Part shown: positions 19,792 through 25,703 of the stretch, one piece after another
Position numbering within the stretch: position 1 is the stretch's first letter
Layout: the number at the start of each line of letters is the position of its first letter
Assembly: GCA_965178125.1 (NCBI GenBank)
Contig: OZ237754.1
Span: 1,054,001 to 1,079,703 of the forward strand
Reading direction: 5' to 3'
DNA length: 25,703 bases
DNA from: Bilabrum cf. latius
Lineage: Eukaryota
The notes under the pieces: model-generated
What the model saw: only the letters and a program-made list of their open reading frames with translations
Databases searched by the model: none
Told to the model about the DNA's origin: nothing
Position numbers and translations under genes: made by a program

Positions 19792-20949
19792 ATGAAATAT
19801 TTCATTTACCTCCTCGCTATAACAATGACTAGTTGTTCCTTCATTAAGGATCATTATGTCCAGTTCGGAGAGCATTCTAATCAGCAAAATGCATCAAAAG
19901 GGACTACCAGAATTTTCTATGATCGATATGGTAAAATCTATCCAAATTTACCCGTTGATAATTTATTATTGAAAAAAAACTATTCCTCTTTAGAGTTATA
20001 TTATAGGAACAATCTGGAAATTCTAGAAGATAATCTAGAAAGTTACAATGTGACTGTGAATGAAGAATTAAATGATGAAAACTTCCAGAAATACTTTGGA
20101 ACCCTTCAAGATGTGACTCTAAAAGAAATAGTTAGAAACCTAAAAGCTATTGAAGCTGATGAATTTACATTTCTCATTCACGGCTTTCGCAATAGATTCG
20201 AGTTTGCCAATTCAAGCTATGCCAATGTAGAAAACGTTATAAAATCCAAGACTCCCAATACCAGACACCATTTTATTGAAGTATACTGGGATGGATTAAC
20301 CTGGACAAAACTGAATGCTGCAAAGGTTTGGGATAATGCTCAGGCTCATTCTTACCTAGTAGGCTTAGAATTGAGAAAGGTATTGTCCTCGCTTCAAAAA
20401 GATGATATTAATGTTATCGCTCACAGCACGGGCGCAAATGTCATATGTACCGCACTTTTTAGTCAAACATCAAAGATTTCAAAAAAAGACAAAAGTGAAT
20501 TCCAGGATTTATATATAAATAAATTAGACTTGGAGGAATATAAAACTCCTTCTAGTCTGATCCGGGTGGCTTTAATAGCGCCTGCTATTCCTGGGGTAAG
20601 TAGTTTTAAAGATTACGCTATTCGCAACCCTGAAATCATTCGTGAGAATGATAATTATCAATTCACAATTACGCTCAATATTTTTGACCCCGCCCTAACG
20701 AAGTATAATGTTTTAGGTGAATTTGGGGTAAAAACAGGATTAGGTTCAACTTCACTTGGATGCCTAAAGAGTGAGCATGATTCGGTTAAGAGCCTTTTCG
20801 AAGAGGAACACGGAAAATTGAACATCCCCATGTTTTTAGATTTTTCTTATACCAACAATAATTTGCAGCAGAATATTCATAACCTTCGTGCTTATGTCGA
20901 GAATCCTTCTTTCGATGATCTAGTAGCAAGATTATATACCTTTAGGTAG
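19792..20949 (+). CDS. Lipoprotein alpha/beta-hydrolase (DUF900-like)
   Basis: Lipobox MTSC, FLIHGFRN oxyanion region, IAHSTG nucleophile elbow and LIAPAI. Ends in TAG. Confidence 0.8.
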   Translation: MKYFIYLLAITMTSCSFIKDHYVQFGEHSNQQNASKGTTRIFYDRYGKIYPNLPVDNLLLKKNYSSLELYYRNNLEILEDNLESYNVTVNEELNDENFQKYFGTLQDVTLKEIVRNLKAIEADEFTFLIHGFRNRFEFANSSYANVENVIKSKTPNTRHHFIEVYWDGLTWTKLNAAKVWDNAQAHSYLVGLELRKVLSSLQKDDINVIAHSTGANVICTALFSQTSKISKKDKSEFQDLYINKLDLEEYKTPSSLIRVALIAPAIPGVSSFKDYAIRNPEIIRENDNYQFTITLNIFDPALTKYNVLGEFGVKTGLGSTSLGCLKSEHDSVKSLFEEEHGKLNIPMFLDFSYTNNNLQQNIHNLRAYVENPSFDDLVARLYTFR

Positions 20950-20977
20950 ATAAAGAAGGCTTTTATCTCCGATCCAT

Positions 20978-21484
20978 TTACACCAAGTCTGCAAGCAGAT
21001 CGGTAGTTATTCTCCCAACGGCATATGGGACGCTATGCTCCGAATTAGTTGGATGTTCAAAACCAAGAGCATGACACCATTCATGGACATAGTGTCCTGC
21101 AATCTCGGCTATGGTCATTTCCCTAAACCTTGGTTTATAAGTGAAGATTTTTCCATCTTGAAACATACCTATAGTTTCTAGGCTTGGCCCCGATCCATTT
21201 CGCAGAATTAATACCAAGTTAGCCACATAATCTGGTTCTGTACCAATTTCCTTTGCGGCATAAATTCTCTTTAGAACCTCATAATTATCCAAACCTTGAT
21301 TATTGGCAAATAATGGTATGTGTTCCCCATTTCTATACTGGATTATAGATTCTGCAAATTCCGTACTTCGCATTACCGAATTTAGCAGGGTAATAGCAAC
21401 CTTGGCCGTGTGAAGGTCCTTGTTCTTATAACCAGCACTTTCATTCCAGTTCACCCTTACCTTAAAGTTACTTGGAGCTACCAT
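20978..21484 (-). CDS. Small zinc metalloprotease-like protein
   Basis: HEWCHALGFEH (HExxHxxGxxH) followed by SVPYAVG. Confidence 0.8.
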   Translation of the reverse strand: MVAPSNFKVRVNWNESAGYKNKDLHTAKVAITLLNSVMRSTEFAESIIQYRNGEHIPLFANNQGLDNYEVLKRIYAAKEIGTEPDYVANLVLILRNGSGPSLETIGMFQDGKIFTYKPRFREMTIAEIAGHYVHEWCHALGFEHPTNSEHSVPYAVGRITTDLLADLV

Positions 21485-21493
21485 GGTTGGTTA

Positions 21494-22615
21494 TCAAAAT
21501 GAAGCAATAATACCAGCCGACCCAAAGTAATGGTTCCTTACCTCGATAATACCTGAGTTAAATTCAGGTAAACGTATCGTGTTTTTATATATAAGTGACA
21601 ATCCCTTAACTCGAGAGTTCCTTAGATATTTATAAGAGTATCCTACACCAAATACGACTTCACCAATGAACGGATTAGTCCATTCAGACGGTAATACATA
21701 AATGTCATCCTGAAACATTCTTCCTTCCAACATAGAATTTCTTAGCATGAAAGTTCCATTTAATTGGCCTATTAAGAAGTACTCATGTCGCGATTTCCCA
21801 CTTGACCCTTCACCTTGATAAGCAGCACTTCCCAGAGAAGTAAAGGCGTTAAACCAATCATAAACACGCTCCACGTCAATTTTCCCGATCCGCCCACCAA
21901 TACCAGCATATACTCTATTGTAGTATCCTGCCGACGCTCCCCAGGTCCAACCACCGTCCGCAGCATATTTTGAAGTTAAGTTTAATCCAACATCTTTCAA
22001 CTTTCTAAACGTCCTAAACTGATTGTAGTCTAAAAGCATTGTAAAACTACCGCCATCTCCGATTTGGTTAGACCAACCCTCCGGCACTGGTCTAGTGTTC
22101 CACTCGGTACTATGGATGCAAGACTGAACAACCTTGCCAACGTGTGTTCCAAAAACACCATAATTTATACCAATACTTTGATATACATGCCTTTCCGAAT
22201 CAGTTATGTACAGCATGACATTCCTTGTTGTTAGCCCCAAAAAAAAGGCATAGGGCCGATCTCCAAAAACCACAGCATTAGTATCAAGTTTTTCCGGAGT
22301 GAAAGCAGTGCCGAGAATGCCCACATTGCTCGCATATAGCGATGAGCTTCTTATTACCTCGGAATGCCTTTCCCCAAACCTTTTAATAAGGTCGAGGGGG
22401 ACATGAGTGTACCAATTCTTTATCGCATCATGCGATACCTCAAGTGAAAAACCCATGGTATAGTTTCTATCTTCATTGCGCTCTTTACTGAAATAAAAGA
22501 AATCCTGATCGGTTGTTAGTGATACGACACATCCGTCTCTTCTTTCATTTGAAGTAGACTGTGCTTTAGTTAAAACAGGAATAACTAGGACAATCAAGTA
22601 CTTTAAAAATTTCAC
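21494..22615 (-). CDS. LpxR family (DUF2219) outer-membrane lipid A 3'-O-deacylase-like beta-barrel
   Basis: Signal peptide, DRNYTMG, AFTP, GDRPYA and GWSNQI motifs, C-terminal Phe. Confidence 0.8.
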   Translation of the reverse strand: MKFLKYLIVLVIPVLTKAQSTSNERRDGCVVSLTTDQDFFYFSKERNEDRNYTMGFSLEVSHDAIKNWYTHVPLDLIKRFGERHSEVIRSSSLYASNVGILGTAFTPEKLDTNAVVFGDRPYAFFLGLTTRNVMLYITDSERHVYQSIGINYGVFGTHVGKVVQSCIHSTEWNTRPVPEGWSNQIGDGGSFTMLLDYNQFRTFRKLKDVGLNLTSKYAADGGWTWGASAGYYNRVYAGIGGRIGKIDVERVYDWFNAFTSLGSAAYQGEGSSGKSRHEYFLIGQLNGTFMLRNSMLEGRMFQDDIYVLPSEWTNPFIGEVVFGVGYSYKYLRNSRVKGLSLIYKNTIRLPEFNSGIIEVRNHYFGSAGIIASF

Positions 22616-23216
22616 AGATTTTGGATTTTAAAACAATCTATTCAAGCGAAGTATAATTCTTATGGTTAATCGATTTATCATCAGGTTCTCAAGCACCAAA
22701 GGCAACATAATCAATAGGTAAACATAGAGAAAACCCTTCTAAAACTAAAGTATAAATTTTTTAAAATTAAAACACAATACTTGGTATTTATTTCATATTA
22801 TCACTGTGATAGCCCCTTTATTCATAAATCTTAATTAGATTAAATCGCTTCCTTATGGCAATATTAAAGCTCTAACAGTCCACAAAACATGTCAATTACT
22901 AGCCCTTTGAACGCTATCTCGACAAGGTGAAACCATCCATTTACCCTTTTGCTATGAGACTCTTGGAACGATCTATTTTCGCATTTATGAAATATCCCAT
23001 GAATTCGTAGATAACGAACAACACCTTACCCTTTTTCTAGAACCGGGGTCTCGTAATAGCTACTGAAAACTAAGAAAAGATCAAGCAATTGAAACAGGAG
23101 AAATATCTGATTATTATTCTGTTTACAAGAATGACTAGGAGTTGAGATGTAACTTAAATATTAGTAAAGAACGCCGTAAGTAAACTAAAACTTTACCAAG
23201 TTTTTGAACTCATCTA

Positions 23217-24071
23217 TTAGTCCAACTCTTTTGCAGAAGCCCAAATTTCTGATATGTAATCAGAGAGTTGCTCTTCTGGCACCAACCTAATAGGGCCTTG
23301 CGCTTCATTTAAAACGTTAATAGCGACATTGTAGGTTTCGATCAGCTTTGACTTTGAAGGTTTTGAGACTAATAAATCCAAACGGGAACGATCTACGTAG
23401 AGAGTTGAGCCAATAAGATCCACTTTCTTTGCAAAAGCAAACGACTTTTGCTCAATGCCCTCAGATGTATCTAAATCCAGCGCAAATGGTTTAATCAAAT
23501 TTGTTGTTCCGTTTTGCCAAAACTCATTTACTTGGATGTTCACCCTTGTGCTCTTTAACTGCCTTTTGTCCCTCCTAATTAATTTCGACCAATCCCTTTC
23601 GCCAGCTGTTTTATTCAATAAACCATGAAAAGAGGCTCTCAAATGGCTTTCATCGTGCCTTTTAGACTCCTTAACACTAGGAACCTTATCTATTAAATAG
23701 ATGCTCGTAAAATGATCAATTGTCCGTTTATAATCCCGCCATATTGGAGCCCTCTTAACCTTATCAAAAGCCAAGGATGATCCATTTTGAACTAGAAAGT
23801 GCTCATTTATTAAGACCTCCGGTTCCCTAGCATAACTGAATGCCTTCTTAGAGATAGCTTTAGCTTTAGAATCGAATGAGCCGAGATACATTTTAATGTT
23901 TGCCAAATCAACATCCAAATAAGCCTTTTTAATACGCCTAAGATCTTTAGTCCCCCTAAAAGCAATTTGAGAGGAATTTGGAAAATAAAATATCAGACCC
24001 ACATTTAGAGACTCCTCTATGAGTTGATTATACCTGAATTTCAGGATACTAAAGTAAAACTCCTCCTTCAT
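23217..24071 (-). CDS. DUF3037 domain protein
   Basis: N-terminal YFSILKFRY...EESLNVGLIF signature. Start overlaps the kinase stop (ATGA). Confidence 0.85.
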   Translation of the reverse strand: MKEEFYFSILKFRYNQLIEESLNVGLIFYFPNSSQIAFRGTKDLRRIKKAYLDVDLANIKMYLGSFDSKAKAISKKAFSYAREPEVLINEHFLVQNGSSLAFDKVKRAPIWRDYKRTIDHFTSIYLIDKVPSVKESKRHDESHLRASFHGLLNKTAGERDWSKLIRRDKRQLKSTRVNIQVNEFWQNGTTNLIKPFALDLDTSEGIEQKSFAFAKKVDLIGSTLYVDRSRLDLLVSKPSKSKLIETYNVAINVLNEAQGPIRLVPEEQLSDYISEIWASAKELD

Positions 24072-24847
24072 TTCAAATGGTTGGATAACAAATTTATCAT
24101 TTCTTTGGTATTTGCTTTGGTTGAAAGGATAAAGTCAACCCAGTGGTTGGTTTCCTCTTCAGTCAACAGGTCCAATTCTTGAAGTCTAGAAAATGTTTTT
24201 CTTAATTTAAGGTCTGAAAGATTTTCTAAAGAAAAACTGAAAAAATCAAAAACACCTTTGCCCTTTTGTCTAAATAGCTTCCTTGCATGATCGAAAAGTA
24301 TATGACCATTTACTAAATGCGGCAAATTATTCAAACTTGGTGGAGTTGAGCCAAAAGCAAGCTCATGGTCAATAAGGTAAAATTGTTTCTTAGTCATCAA
24401 CATATTTGGTTTCCCTCGACGTCTATCGGTATTCGATATTAACATATCAAACGCCAAAATAGCAGCAATATCATCTTTATTAAGGTGCCTCAATAATAGG
24501 GTGTGTGAATAAATTGCTGAACCCTCCAAGTATTTGTTACCAAATAAAATTGCCTCTCCGTTCTCATCTATCTTCAAATTAGCAGCAAAAGGCAAATCCT
24601 TAATAAACGAGTTGCTTAATCTAACCAAGAAAAACTCAGGTGTACTTAAATTCAATTGCTGTGCTAACCAAGCACCAAGATACTCATGGCCAGTATAGGA
24701 TTTTTGCACTAGTTGATCAGGTTTAAACACTTTAACCACCGCTTGAATCAGATTCCCTTCTTCCGTCTCAACTTCTAACAACCATGGCTTGGTGGTACCT
24801 CCTTCAAGTATTCGAACAAATCTATATGCTGATAAGACTCTTGTCAT
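24068..24847 (-). CDS. HipA-like Ser/Thr kinase (HipA_2 / PI3-4 kinase-like fold)
   Basis: GGTTKPWL P-loop, VVKVF, HEYLGAWLAQQLNLSTP, FDMLISNTDRR..PNML and YLIDHELAF. Confidence 0.88.
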   Translation of the reverse strand: MTRVLSAYRFVRILEGGTTKPWLLEVETEEGNLIQAVVKVFKPDQLVQKSYTGHEYLGAWLAQQLNLSTPEFFLVRLSNSFIKDLPFAANLKIDENGEAILFGNKYLEGSAIYSHTLLLRHLNKDDIAAILAFDMLISNTDRRRGKPNMLMTKKQFYLIDHELAFGSTPPSLNNLPHLVNGHILFDHARKLFRQKGKGVFDFFSFSLENLSDLKLRKTFSRLQELDLLTEEETNHWVDFILSTKANTKEMINLLSNHLK

Positions 24848-25012
24848 ATCCGGTTAAGTTAAAACGAACTATATAAAATTATATCAACTAGGCGGTAAAA
24901 TGTAAATTAGACAACCAGAATTCATCCACCTCGCTTTGCAACAATCACATTTAGGTTAGATATTTTTTAAAGGGACATCGTATGTTAAAACGTGTATAAT
25001 ATCCTGATAAAC

Positions 25013-25558
25013 ATGAATGAACTAGACTTATTGAAAACACTTTTGGAACTTGAAGTAGATAGGGATAACTTCTCTATTCAATATTCCATAGAAGACAATA
25101 CCCTTCGAAAATCAGAATTAAAAGCCACCTTATTGAAAATAGAAGATCAAATTGGTGAAATAGAAGGAAGACTTATTGAGATTGAAGATAAAACATTTAG
25201 CCAACGAGCGAGAAAAACTATGATCTCTCAACTAGAGGCTTATGTTTTAGAAATGAGCAAAGCCAAAGAGGGTTTAAGAGTTGACAGGAACCAGCGACTG
25301 ATTTTAAAAAACTATCTATTCTCGATGATTATCAGAGATATGGAGTACCTGATTCAAGACGAACCGTTTGGCCACCATAGCCCAAGCAATCTTGTTTACA
25401 CGTACAGAATTGAAAATTCAGTAGAGATCAGCGAGCTTAGTGAATTTCTAAACTCCGAAATAGGAGTTTTAAGAGAAACTGATAAAATAAACTATGTGGT
25501 ACTTCGCGACTATTTCCAAGGCTTTAAAACTAGAATCATAGCTTCATTCACGAACTGA
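25013..25558 (+). CDS. Hypothetical helical protein upstream of hsdM
   Basis: Open frame 24992-25558 with likely ATG at 25013 and a coiled-coil-like N-half. Ends 31 bp before hsdM. Confidence 0.7.
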   Translation: MNELDLLKTLLELEVDRDNFSIQYSIEDNTLRKSELKATLLKIEDQIGEIEGRLIEIEDKTFSQRARKTMISQLEAYVLEMSKAKEGLRVDRNQRLILKNYLFSMIIRDMEYLIQDEPFGHHSPSNLVYTYRIENSVEISELSEFLNSEIGVLRETDKINYVVLRDYFQGFKTRIIASFTN

Positions 25559-25589
25559 GTGATTGATGTAAAATACATGAAAAAACAAA

Positions 25590-25703
25590 ATGACCCAACA
25601 AGAAATACGCGACCTCGAAAAGGACCTCTGGGAAGCAGCCGACGAACTTAGAGGGAATTCGAAATTAACCGCCGCAGAATACAAGGATCCGGTCCTTGGA
25701 TTG
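25590..25703 (+). CDS. hsdM: Type I restriction-modification M subunit, N-terminal part (runs off the window)
   Basis: [38 protein letters not shown] matches the HsdM_N motif LW.AAD.LRG...EY..PVLGL. Confidence 0.88.
   Translation, partial: MTQQEIRDLEKDLWEAADELRGNSKLTAAEYKDPVLGL

Overview
The window joins two genomes. Bases 1-~16546 come from a flagellated eukaryote with GT-AG introns, an IFT52 gene and six same-orientation (TTAGGG)n blocks interleaved with two recurring non-telomeric units. Bases ~16547-25703 are AT-rich, Bacteroidota-like bacterial DNA. They carry a truncated AraC regulator, an ankyrin lipoprotein, an acyltransferase-3, a VapE/VirE remnant, a DUF900 hydrolase, a Zn-protease, an LpxR-family protein, a HipA-like kinase + DUF3037 pair and the start of hsdM. 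The main finding is that the eukaryote appears to use a non-standard nuclear code in which TAG is a sense codon (most likely Gln), TGA terminates and TAA never appears in frame. Reading TAG as sense repairs IFT52 and merges ten same-frame ORF-track fragments into one ~6.4 kb minus-strand frame (26 TAG, no internal TAA/TGA). It also reveals a further 327-aa gene with 6 TAG. The eukaryote-bacterium join is most likely an assembly chimera.
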